In this document: positions 55,948 to 64,000 of the stretch, piece by piece
Layout: every line of letters begins with the position of its first letter
How positions within the stretch are numbered: the stretch's first letter is position 1
Source: a virus
Lineage: Duplodnaviria; Caudoviricetes
Reading direction: 5' to 3' (one strand)
IMG/VR virus record: IMGVR_UViG_2909979649_000007
Span: 23,525-87,524 of that record
DNA length: 64,000 nucleotides
Program-made: the position numbers and the translations under genes
Notes under the pieces: model-generated
What the model was told of the DNA's origin: nothing
Databases searched by the model: none
What the model saw: the letters and a program-made list of their open reading frames with translations, nothing else

Positions 55948-56700
55948 ATGGCCATTTCACTTGCCAGTATATCAAAAACCAATGGGATTAAGGCCCCTCG
56001 GATATTGATTTATGGGACTCATGGTATTGGTAAAACCACTTTTGCTGCCGGGGCACCGAATCCCATATTTTTATTTACCGAAGATGGTTCCGGTCAATTA
56101 GCATTAAATTCATTTCCACTGCTGACGAATTATGTAGAAGTTATTCAAGCTTTAGCGGCTCTATACAATGAACAACACGAGTTTCAGACCGTGGTGCTTG
56201 ATTCACTGGATCATTTAGAACCCTTAATTTGGACCCATACGGCTCAGCAATGTAATAAAGACAGTATCGAAGACTTTGGCTATGGCAAGGGCTATATGGA
56301 AGCCTTACGTTATTGGCGTGAAATACTAGGTTGGCTCGATGCGTTACGCAATCAAAAAGGCATGACCTATATTTTAACGGCTCATACCCATATTAAACGT
56401 TTTGATAGTCCTGAAACGGATTCTTATGATCGTTACCAAATTAAGCTCAATGACAAAGCCAGTGGCTTAGTTCAAGAGTCAGTAGACTGTGTGTTGTTCT
56501 GTAATTACCAAGTCAACATTAATAAAGCGGATGTTGGCTTTGGTAAAGAAAAAGCCCGAGGTATTTCCACTGGACAGCGATTAATTCATACCGTGGAAAA
56601 ACCCGCTTATATCGCTAAAAACCGTTTTAACTTACCCGAAAAAATGCCCCTTGCATGGGAGGCATTTACCAATGCACTTAACCCACAACCCTCTGTATAA
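55948..56700 (+). CDS. AAA_24 ATPase (Sak4-like single-strand annealing protein)
   Basis: IYGTHGIGKTTFA..VVLDSLDHLE..GYGKGY..AKNR. Confidence 0.9.
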   Translation: MAISLASISKTNGIKAPRILIYGTHGIGKTTFAAGAPNPIFLFTEDGSGQLALNSFPLLTNYVEVIQALAALYNEQHEFQTVVLDSLDHLEPLIWTHTAQQCNKDSIEDFGYGKGYMEALRYWREILGWLDALRNQKGMTYILTAHTHIKRFDSPETDSYDRYQIKLNDKASGLVQESVDCVLFCNYQVNINKADVGFGKEKARGISTGQRLIHTVEKPAYIAKNRFNLPEKMPLAWEAFTNALNPQPSV

Positions 56701-56711
56701 GGAGAGTCACT

Positions 56712-57281
56712 ATGGCAAGTTTTGGATTTAATACAGGTGAATACGATCCTAATGCCGGTTTTGAGGTATTACCTGCCGGTGATTATATCGCTATGTTGGT
56801 AGAAGCCGATATTAAAGCGAATTCAAAAGGCACCGGCCAATTTATTAACTGTAAATGGTTAATTACTGAAGGCGAGTTTGCTAATCGTAATATTTTTGAT
56901 GCAGTCAATATTACTCACCAAAATACCATGGCGGAGAAATTAGGTCGGCAACGACTGTCGGCGATTGCCCATGCCATTGGGATTCCTGATGCCCAGGATA
57001 CTGACCAACTGCTACAAAAGCCTTGTGTATTAAATTTAGGCATAAAAAATGATAAGGAATATGGTGATAAAAATATCATTAAAAAATTCACGGCTTATCA
57101 GTTTGGTATGCAACAACCGGCATCACCAGGCAGTTATCAACAAACGGCTGTGCCAACCATGCCGCCGCAACAAACTACTACGACTCAAGCACCACAACAA
57201 CCCATGAATTTAGGTGGTCCTAATGGTCAACCAGTATTTAATACACCCTCATCTGAGCAAGCAGCAAAAATAGCGGTTTAA
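56712..57281 (+). CDS. DUF669 single-stranded DNA-binding protein
   Basis: F.VLPAG.Y..GEF.NR.IF..L..I..A.G; Gln/Pro tail. Confidence 0.85.
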   Translation: MASFGFNTGEYDPNAGFEVLPAGDYIAMLVEADIKANSKGTGQFINCKWLITEGEFANRNIFDAVNITHQNTMAEKLGRQRLSAIAHAIGIPDAQDTDQLLQKPCVLNLGIKNDKEYGDKNIIKKFTAYQFGMQQPASPGSYQQTAVPTMPPQQTTTTQAPQQPMNLGGPNGQPVFNTPSSEQAAKIAV

Positions 57282-57335
57282 TTAATCCCCACCTGCGGGT
57301 GGGAAATGACTGAATAAATAATAAGGACACACACA

Positions 57336-57554
57336 ATGGAATCATTATTAACCGCAAATATTGACACCTATATGGAAACCAGTCTGAAAGATATTTTAGA
57401 ACATATGGTATTTCAAAAAACCAGCAAAATAGAACTGAAAATCATGGGTTATGACGGAAAGCCGGAGGTCGCCATTGTGCTCGTGACAGAAAATGTGCAG
57501 ACCTATCTGGATGCGATTGAGAAAACAGAAAAGGAAATTAAGCAATCGCCATAA
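57336..57554 (+). CDS. Hypothetical protein
   Basis: SD AAGGA; in operon. Confidence 0.55.
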   Translation: MESLLTANIDTYMETSLKDILEHMVFQKTSKIELKIMGYDGKPEVAIVLVTENVQTYLDAIEKTEKEIKQSP

Positions 57555-57559
57555 GGACT

Positions 57560-57618
57560 AAAAAAGCATTGCTTCGTTAACGCGGGTTTGGGACTAGAGT
57601 ACAGCAACGAAGCAATGC
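57560..57618 (-). terminator. Long-loop hairpin + T6, antisense to the operon; homolog of 7748-7807
   Basis: A6-GCATTGCTTCGTT..AACGAAGCAATGC. Confidence 0.55.
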
Positions 57619-57738
57619 CAATATACGCAAGATTACAAACTATCTGACTGAGATAGGAGAAAAAAGTTTACCTCAACCACAGTAAAAAATTCTCCTAAAA
57701 ACGACACTTTTAATAGCCGGTAACCAGGGAGTGACCAT

Positions 57739-58779
57739 ATGCAAATTCCTGACGCCAGTAACACAACCGTTAATGCCATTTACCAACATTACGAAAAAAA
57801 TGCTGATAGTGGTTTTCGGGCACACTTGGGCGCGTCCATTATTGGTAAAGAATGCCAACGGGCGCTGTGGTATGACTTTCATTGGTGTACCCCTAGCAAT
57901 CATTCGGGTCAGCTATTGCGCTTATTTGAGACTGGCCAGTTAGCCGAAGCGCGCTTTGCTGAAAACCTAAGAGCCATTGGCGTACAAATCCATACCGTAG
58001 ACCCAAAGACCGGTTTGCAATATCGGGTCGTGGCTTGTGATGGTCACTTTGGTGGCAGTATGGATGGCATTGGTCAAGGTTTCCCTGAAGCCCCAAAGAC
58101 ACCCCATGTCGTAGAGATGAAGACTCACAGCGAGAAGTCTTTTAAGGAATTAGAAAAGAAAAAGGTTAAGGAATCCAAACCCCAGCATTACACCCAAATG
58201 CAAGTCTATATGCACCTCGGCGGATTCGAGCGAGCTTTTTATATTGCCGTGAATAAAAACACTGACGAACTTTATGGTGAACGGGTTGAATATGATCAAC
58301 AGCATGCCAGGGAGGCAATTGATAAAGCATGTAATGTGATTTTTTCGAGTGCACCACCGGCAAAAATTAACGAAGACCCGAGCTGGTTTAAGTGCAAGTT
58401 TTGCGACCACCAAGCCGTGTGCCATCAAAACAAATTACCACCGGTTAACTGTCGTACCTGTATGCATTCTACCCCAGTGGCCAATGGTCAGTGGTTATGT
58501 GAGCGTTACCAACTCAATCCGACCGATGAGCAACAACGCTGGGGCTGTCAGAGCCATATGTATAACCCACATCTGTTGTATCCCTGGGCGGAAGTACTGG
58601 ATAGCGGGGATTACTGGTATCAGTTTGCTATCAAAGCCACGGGGGAAATCATTACCACCGGGGAAGCACCGGAACACCACAAGAGCAGTGAATTAAGGGC
58701 CGTTTCTGACTTATCGTTATTAAACGATAAAAACGTTGAGGCCATTCGTGAGCACTTTGATGCCAAGGTGGTGGCATGA
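57739..58779 (+). CDS. Cas4-like PD-(D/E)XK exonuclease (solo, phage)
   Basis: ECQR.LWY..GSMDG..VVEMKT..HY.QMQVY..CKFCD...C..CRTC. Confidence 0.85.
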   Translation: MQIPDASNTTVNAIYQHYEKNADSGFRAHLGASIIGKECQRALWYDFHWCTPSNHSGQLLRLFETGQLAEARFAENLRAIGVQIHTVDPKTGLQYRVVACDGHFGGSMDGIGQGFPEAPKTPHVVEMKTHSEKSFKELEKKKVKESKPQHYTQMQVYMHLGGFERAFYIAVNKNTDELYGERVEYDQQHAREAIDKACNVIFSSAPPAKINEDPSWFKCKFCDHQAVCHQNKLPPVNCRTCMHSTPVANGQWLCERYQLNPTDEQQRWGCQSHMYNPHLLYPWAEVLDSGDYWYQFAIKATGEIITTGEAPEHHKSSELRAVSDLSLLNDKNVEAIREHFDAKVVA

Positions 58780-60401
58780 AACTTCGACCTTATCAGCAGG
58801 AAGCGATTCAGGCACTGATTGAATACTTTCATCGTGCCACTGGGAATCCGTTAATCTGTATTTCCACTGGTGGCGGTAAATCCGTGGTGATAGCCGCTTG
58901 GTGTCAGTTGGTATTAAACCAATTTCCTAATCAACGCATCTTAATACTCAGCCACGTTAAAGAAATCCTGGAGCAGAATTACAGTAAATTAAAAACCCTG
59001 GCCCCTGATGTGGATATGGGGATTTATTCGGCCAGCTTAAAACGCAAAGACAAAGACGCCAGTGTGTTATTTGCTGGTATCCAATCCGTGTATTCCAAAG
59101 CGTTTGATTTAGGTCCCTTCAATTTAATTATTGTGGATGAATGCCACTTAATTAATGCCGATAACGACACCACGATGTACAGCCAGTTTTTTACCGATGC
59201 TAAAAAGATGAATCCCAATATTAAAGTGATTGGGTTTTCAGCGACACCGTATCGGATGAAGTCAGGGTTATTAACCCATGGGGATAATGCCTTATTCCAT
59301 GAGATTGTTTATGAAACCGATATTCAGCAATTAATTGATGATGGCTATTTATCTCCTTTGGTCACCAAAGGTGGCAGGCAGAAAATCGACCTTACTGGGG
59401 TACGGACCCAAAACGGCGATTATGCCACCAAGGATATGGAAAAGGCGGTTAATAAAGATGATTTAACTGATAAAGCCTTGGCTGAAATTATGGAGTTAGG
59501 GGCTGATAGAAAAAGTTGGTTGATCTTTGGAGTATCGGTTAAGCACTGTCTAGAAATTGAAGAGAAATTAAAAAAGCAAGGTGTCTCCGTGGGGATCGTC
59601 CATGGTAAGACACCTAATAAGTTAAGGGATAGAATTATTACTTTGTTCAAACAAGGTAGTATACGTTGTCTAATTTCGCAAGGTGTTTTAACGACGGGAT
59701 TCGATGCGCCTAGAACGGATTTAATTGCGTTATTACGTTCGACTAAATCTGCTGGGCTGTATGTGCAGATATTAGGACGTGGATTACGGATATCGCCCGA
59801 AACCGGCAAGACTAATTGTTTGGTCCTAGATTATGGCGGCAATGTTGAACGCCATGGGCCGATTGATCAAATCAAAGTGAGGAATGCCGGTAAGAAAAAA
59901 GAGCCGGGGGAAATGCCAATCAAGGAATGCCCCAAGTGTCAGTTATTGATTCCCTGCTTTGAAAAAGAATGCCCAGATTGCGGGTATATTTTTCCCGCAC
60001 AAGCCCCCCATAAAGCCACAGCCAGTAACAAAGCAGTACTGTCTGCTATGCAACAGGCCGAATGGTACCCAGTGGAAGCGGTATTTTATCAACTGCATAG
60101 CAAGGCGTTTTCGAATAACTCAGTCAAAGTGACTTATCAGTGTGGCACTGAATTTTTTGATGAGTGGGTTTGTTTTGAGCACACCGGCTTTCCGAAACAC
60201 CGGGCATTAACCTGGTGGGTGCAACGGGTCGGTTATCAACCGCCATGCCCGAATGATTGTGATACGGCATTGGCCTATTTAAATAATAACAACGTTAAAA
60301 CCCCATCTGCTATTCAGGTGAAACCTGAAGGCAAATACAAAAAAATAATTAATTACGAGTTTCTACCCGAGACAATAAAGGAGATGGCTTATGGAAATTA
60401 A
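58776..60401 (+). CDS. SF2 DEAD/DEAH helicase with Zn ribbon (RadD/YejH-like)
   Basis: LRPYQ..STGGGKS..DECH..SATP..TTGFD..Q.LGRGLR..CPKC..CPDC. Confidence 0.92.
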   Translation: MKLRPYQQEAIQALIEYFHRATGNPLICISTGGGKSVVIAAWCQLVLNQFPNQRILILSHVKEILEQNYSKLKTLAPDVDMGIYSASLKRKDKDASVLFAGIQSVYSKAFDLGPFNLIIVDECHLINADNDTTMYSQFFTDAKKMNPNIKVIGFSATPYRMKSGLLTHGDNALFHEIVYETDIQQLIDDGYLSPLVTKGGRQKIDLTGVRTQNGDYATKDMEKAVNKDDLTDKALAEIMELGADRKSWLIFGVSVKHCLEIEEKLKKQGVSVGIVHGKTPNKLRDRIITLFKQGSIRCLISQGVLTTGFDAPRTDLIALLRSTKSAGLYVQILGRGLRISPETGKTNCLVLDYGGNVERHGPIDQIKVRNAGKKKEPGEMPIKECPKCQLLIPCFEKECPDCGYIFPAQAPHKATASNKAVLSAMQQAEWYPVEAVFYQLHSKAFSNNSVKVTYQCGTEFFDEWVCFEHTGFPKHRALTWWVQRVGYQPPCPNDCDTALAYLNNNNVKTPSAIQVKPEGKYKKIINYEFLPETIKEMAYGN

Positions 60402-60624
60402 CCAGATGTATTTATCAAGAGAAAACAGAAAGGTTGTTGAGCGAATGAGGGAGTATATTAACTATTATAAGCTAGCCAAAGCAGATGGACGAAAGCCTGA
60501 AAGAATACAGTTAGAAATTAAACAATATGAAAGGCTTAGGAAAAATTTACTAACAAAGACTAATGGTAAATGCAAACCACCTTACACCCTTAACAATATC
60601 CCAGTTGTACCGGTTCAACATTAA
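60391..60624 (+). CDS. Hypothetical phage protein
   Basis: Homolog of 12601-12816. Confidence 0.7.
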   Translation: MEINQMYLSRENRKVVERMREYINYYKLAKADGRKPERIQLEIKQYERLRKNLLTKTNGKCKPPYTLNNIPVVPVQH

Positions 60625-60633
60625 GGAATTGCC

Positions 60634-60939
60634 ATGTTAGCACTCTCACGAAAATACGGTCAGTCTATTTATATTGGTAACCACATCAGAATTTCATTGG
60701 GTGGGTTTAATCGGGAATCGGCCCGAGTAGGACTAGCAATCAATGAAAAACTAGAAATTAAGGAGGTGCCTTACGAACTTTATCAAAAGCTAGGTGACGA
60801 TATTACCTTCTTTATTCGACATAAAGGTGGTCAAGTGTGTTTTTATTTTAATGCACCGAGAGATGTAATCATATTACGCAGTGAGCTGGAATCAAGAAAT
60901 AAGCAAGTTAAATCCAATAAAGAGTTAACAGCCGCTTAA
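60634..60939 (+). CDS. CsrA/RsmA-like tandem-fold protein
   Basis: MLALSRKYGQSIYIGNHI..; second LGDDITF..GGQV..FNAPRDVIILRSEL. Confidence 0.78.
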   Translation: MLALSRKYGQSIYIGNHIRISLGGFNRESARVGLAINEKLEIKEVPYELYQKLGDDITFFIRHKGGQVCFYFNAPRDVIILRSELESRNKQVKSNKELTAA

Positions 60940-60949
60940 GGAGAAATCA

Positions 60950-61162
60950 GTGCGACTTATTAGCTTGGAAAATTATAGAAAAACTAAATTTCCTTTTGGT
61001 GATGGCCCTTCGATGGGATCCTTGCGACGACAGTGCCGTAGTGGTGATCTTGCTGGCGCTCGAAAGGAAGGTAAATTATGGTATGTGGATATCGATGTTG
61101 CCTCCTCGACGAGTGGTGATCCTCTGGTTGAGAAAGTATTAAGTGAAATAGGCATGCTATGA
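60950..61162 (+). CDS. Excisionase
   Basis: LISLENY..PS..SLRRQCRSGDL.GARKEGKLWYV. Confidence 0.8.
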   Translation: MRLISLENYRKTKFPFGDGPSMGSLRRQCRSGDLAGARKEGKLWYVDIDVASSTSGDPLVEKVLSEIGML

Positions 61163-62286
61163 CACCAAGACGTAGAATTAAACCGGGGCTCTGCCCCAAC
61201 CTTTACGAGTCTGATGGGCTTTACCGCTATCGCCACCCTTATAAAAAAACCTGGCATAATTTAGGGCGTGATAAGGCTAAAGCCGTCAAAGCAGCTAAAG
61301 AGTTGAATGCCATATTACTGCCCAATCATGAAACGTTAATACGTGGTGTGATGGGTTTAGACAATAAAACCATCAAAGATTTAATCCTTAAATTTAAAGA
61401 AGAAATATTACCCAAGAAAGAATTAAAAGAACGTTCACTGCATGAAATCAATTATCGCTTAAATAGAGTTGAAAAAGATATCGGCCATTGGGCATTAACG
61501 AAATTATCCACACAAAAAGTTGCTTATTATTTGGATATTAACTTTAGAGGGGATGCCTATAAACAACACCGCTCAGTATTAAATCAACTCTGTCGTACTG
61601 CAGTGGTTAAAGGTTGGATGAAAGAAAATCCCGTTGAAACCACCCTCCCTACTCTGCAAGGTGAAAAAATAAAAAAACAGAGAAGCCGATTAACCGTAGA
61701 GCAATACCAAGCGATCTATCAGTTTGCAGACACTTGGTTACAAATAGCAATGGACTTGGCACTGACCACACTGCAAAGGCGGTCAGACCTATTACAGCTA
61801 AAATTCACCGATATTAAAGACGACAGATTGTATCTCGTCCAGAGCAAAACCGAAAAACATGGGGATGCGGCTAGGCTGTCTATCCATATTGGCCATGATC
61901 TGAAAGCCATTATACAACGAGCAAGGTCGAGTGGTGTGCTCTCCCCTTTCATCATTCACCGAAAGCCACTGCAACGCCAGAGAAAGCAGCTAGAGACCAA
62001 GGAACATTGGACAGCCATCACCCCACGATACTTGTCGGATGCCTTTGCTCAAGCCCGTGATAAAACGGATTTATTTACCAACATACCACAACAACAAAGA
62101 CCCACTTTTCATGAAATTAGGGCTTTAGGTGGACACCTCTATGAACAGCACGGCAGGACTAAAGCCGAGGTACGTTCATTAATGGGCCACACTTCTGAAA
62201 AAATGACAGAGCACTACTTACAGGGGCATGTGGAAAGGTGGACAATGGTTGATGCTGATTTTAGGTTGGATTGGCTGGATGAATAA
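61159..62286 (+). CDS. Tyrosine integrase (lambda Int-like)
   Basis: LQRRSD, TFHEIRAL, LMGHT..MT.HY. Confidence 0.95.
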   Translation: MTPRRRIKPGLCPNLYESDGLYRYRHPYKKTWHNLGRDKAKAVKAAKELNAILLPNHETLIRGVMGLDNKTIKDLILKFKEEILPKKELKERSLHEINYRLNRVEKDIGHWALTKLSTQKVAYYLDINFRGDAYKQHRSVLNQLCRTAVVKGWMKENPVETTLPTLQGEKIKKQRSRLTVEQYQAIYQFADTWLQIAMDLALTTLQRRSDLLQLKFTDIKDDRLYLVQSKTEKHGDAARLSIHIGHDLKAIIQRARSSGVLSPFIIHRKPLQRQRKQLETKEHWTAITPRYLSDAFAQARDKTDLFTNIPQQQRPTFHEIRALGGHLYEQHGRTKAEVRSLMGHTSEKMTEHYLQGHVERWTMVDADFRLDWLDE

Positions 62287-62340
62287 ATAACAGTCTTGAA
62301 AAGAAAAGAGGTGAAAAATAGCAGTTTATTATGTATCAAA

Positions 62341-62362
62341 AGAGCCTAGAGATACTAGGCTC
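62341..62362. terminator. Hairpin between the convergent integrase and effector genes
   Basis: GAGCCTAG-AGATA-CTAGGCTC. Confidence 0.65.
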
Positions 62363-62385
62363 CAAAACAGGTGTAAAACGAATAA

Positions 62386-63525
62386 TTAATCTTTTGGAAA
62401 AAAAATGATATCTGAACCAAGATTACTTTTATCTAAAGAAGCAAGTGCTATTTCAGATAATGTACCTTGAAAAGGATCTCTGATTGAAATTTTATTATCA
62501 TCGACAGAGTCTACGACTATAAAATGAGGACCGTACATAACAATAGCAGCTCTATTAGGGCCATCTGCATTTAAATTTTCTTTTAAAGTTTTTAGGATGT
62601 TTTTACTATTCTCCTGAAAATCAGTTTTAGTATAGTCATTTGCTAATTCATTTAATTTATTCATGAACATACCTGATTCTGTGTCCATAACACTTCGCTG
62701 AAGTTTTGATATATCAACATTTTTATCCATTAATATCATGGCTAGTGATGTTGGACCGCATGCATTAGTAGTTCCCTGCTGAATAACATGAAGATTGTTA
62801 TGAACAGCATAGTCAAATCCATAATCACCTTCTAAAGACTGATCAAAGTTGTCAGGAGTGACTATATTATCCATGTCTTTAATATCTACTGGAACGCCAT
62901 CAAACAATTCTTGAAAATGTTTATAGTCACCTGGTTTTTTTTCAGGAAAGTACACACTGCGATCAACACCATCGGAATCTGGGATAGTGATTTTGGTAAT
63001 ATCAAAAAGATTACCTTTACCATCTTCATCATCATCAAATGACCCAAATATACCGTCATCCTTAGGCGCAAAGTGTTGTAGCAATTGGCTGGTAAGAGAT
63101 GATTTATTATTTATATCAATTTCTAAATATTGATATCCACCCTCTTCAGAGTCATAGTACTCAATTTCTGCAGTGCCTTTTTCGGGTAAACTTTGCAAAG
63201 CAAGAGGAAAACCTGCTGGCTTTGCTGCTGTAGCTTTCGTATCAGATTCTTGCGATATTTTATTTAATCTAGCCTCTAAACCAGCTAGTGTTGCGTTAAT
63301 TTCTTTTCCTTTGGTGATGTCGTGAATATGCAAATGTTGCAATAGCTTAGAAAACTTTGAGTAAAGTTTGTTCAAATTACCACTAACTTGAGCATCAAGG
63401 TTATGTGAAATTTTGTATTTAACTCCATTAACCTCAATTTTACTGTTTGAATCTTTTGCTGCAATTAAATCTGAGTTTGAAAGTGATGGGATAGAATTAG
63501 CTTGGATAGCACTAATATTCGTCAT
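62386..63525 (-). CDS. Putative type III effector with C39-like papain cysteine protease domain
   Basis: Ser/Asn-rich N-terminus; QQGTTNACGPTSLAM, HFIVVD, IRDP; downstream of a CesT-like chaperone. Confidence 0.7.
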   Translation of the reverse strand: MTNISAIQANSIPSLSNSDLIAAKDSNSKIEVNGVKYKISHNLDAQVSGNLNKLYSKFSKLLQHLHIHDITKGKEINATLAGLEARLNKISQESDTKATAAKPAGFPLALQSLPEKGTAEIEYYDSEEGGYQYLEIDINNKSSLTSQLLQHFAPKDDGIFGSFDDDEDGKGNLFDITKITIPDSDGVDRSVYFPEKKPGDYKHFQELFDGVPVDIKDMDNIVTPDNFDQSLEGDYGFDYAVHNNLHVIQQGTTNACGPTSLAMILMDKNVDISKLQRSVMDTESGMFMNKLNELANDYTKTDFQENSKNILKTLKENLNADGPNRAAIVMYGPHFIVVDSVDDNKISIRDPFQGTLSEIALASLDKSNLGSDIIFFPKD

Positions 63526-63538
63526 AAAAAAACCTATA

Positions 63539-64000
63539 TTAAACACGCATAGAGTGATTCTGAGATGTTATATTGGTGTGACTAACTTCAGGATTATTTA
63601 TTGATCTCTCACTTTGTAGCCATTTTATCTGCCATTCTATAAAATAGGCGACAGATGCTTCTAATGAGTCCACTGTTAATTTATCGAGATCAAGATGAAG
63701 GAAAGCAACTAACGAATTTGATTCTGGATGTTTTCCTATACCTGGTTCATTTTCGTTGAAGCTGTTAAAAGCTGTATTTAGCACTAATGTCAGCCAGGTT
63801 GTTGTAATACTCTTCGGATTAATAGTTGATAGTTCACTAAACAGTGTTATACGTTTACTATTCGAGCTGTAGCGTAAAGACAAAGGGTATTTATTATTTA
63901 TAACTAAATGACAGAGCCCATCCTCATTAAGTGAAACATCAGATAAATTTGCCCTATCAGCAAACTCTTTTAGAAGTTGTTCGATATAATTATGAAACAT
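63539..64000 (-). CDS. CesT/SycE-class type III secretion chaperone
   Basis: LLKEF....L....LNEDG.C.L.I..L..N..GIG....LV.F..L..L....F; start at the window edge. Confidence 0.8.
   Translation of the reverse strand: MFHNYIEQLLKEFADRANLSDVSLNEDGLCHLVINNKYPLSLRYSSNSKRITLFSELSTINPKSITTTWLTLVLNTAFNSFNENEPGIGKHPESNSLVAFLHLDLDKLTVDSLEASVAYFIEWQIKWLQSERSINNPEVSHTNITSQNHSMRV

Larger units (their letters stand above)
16094..62300. mobile_element. Prophage 2 (myovirus; lambda-like head, P2-like tail); ends uncertain (core 22.1-62.3 kb, may extend past 64 kb)
   Basis: Complete tail, head, terminase, lysis, replication, immunity and integrase gene sets; att-like core at the left. Confidence 0.85.

Noticed and set aside
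57739-58779. CRISPR-Cas locus
   Set aside because: No cas1/cas2 and no repeat-spacer array seen anywhere in the window.

Overview
The window comes from an AT-rich gammaproteobacterial-type genome and is almost entirely two co-oriented temperate prophages in tandem. They meet at a 45-bp tRNA-Pro(GGG) 3' fragment (16094-16138) that looks like an att core. Prophage 1 (1 to ~16.1 kb, running off the left edge) is lambdoid/HK97-like: P27 terminase small subunit, cos, HNH, lysis, Q, O/P replication, immunity and integrase. Prophage 2 (~16.1/22.1 kb to at least 62.3 kb) is a myovirus with a lambda-like head (ClpP-capsid fusion), a P2-like contractile tail with PAAR, a primase, an RdgC/Sak4/SSB/Cas4-like/helicase module and an integrase. 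The two share homologous lysis, double-HTH repressor, LuxR, RdgC, CsrA-like, Xis and Int modules. The best candidates for new biology are in the accessory slots: (1) an SDH/ClpP-fold protease co-oriented with an HsdR_N nuclease-P-loop NTPase-S1 protein (candidate defence system); (2) a DesII-like radical SAM plus NIPSNAP moron; (3) a split two-gene Rhs in which both chains carry Sec signal peptides; (4) a CesT-type chaperone plus a C39-like cysteine protease effector next to the integrase; (5) tandem CsrA-fold proteins and peptidase-less double-HTH repressors with no cro. All family assignments come from motif recognition and recall, not database searches.
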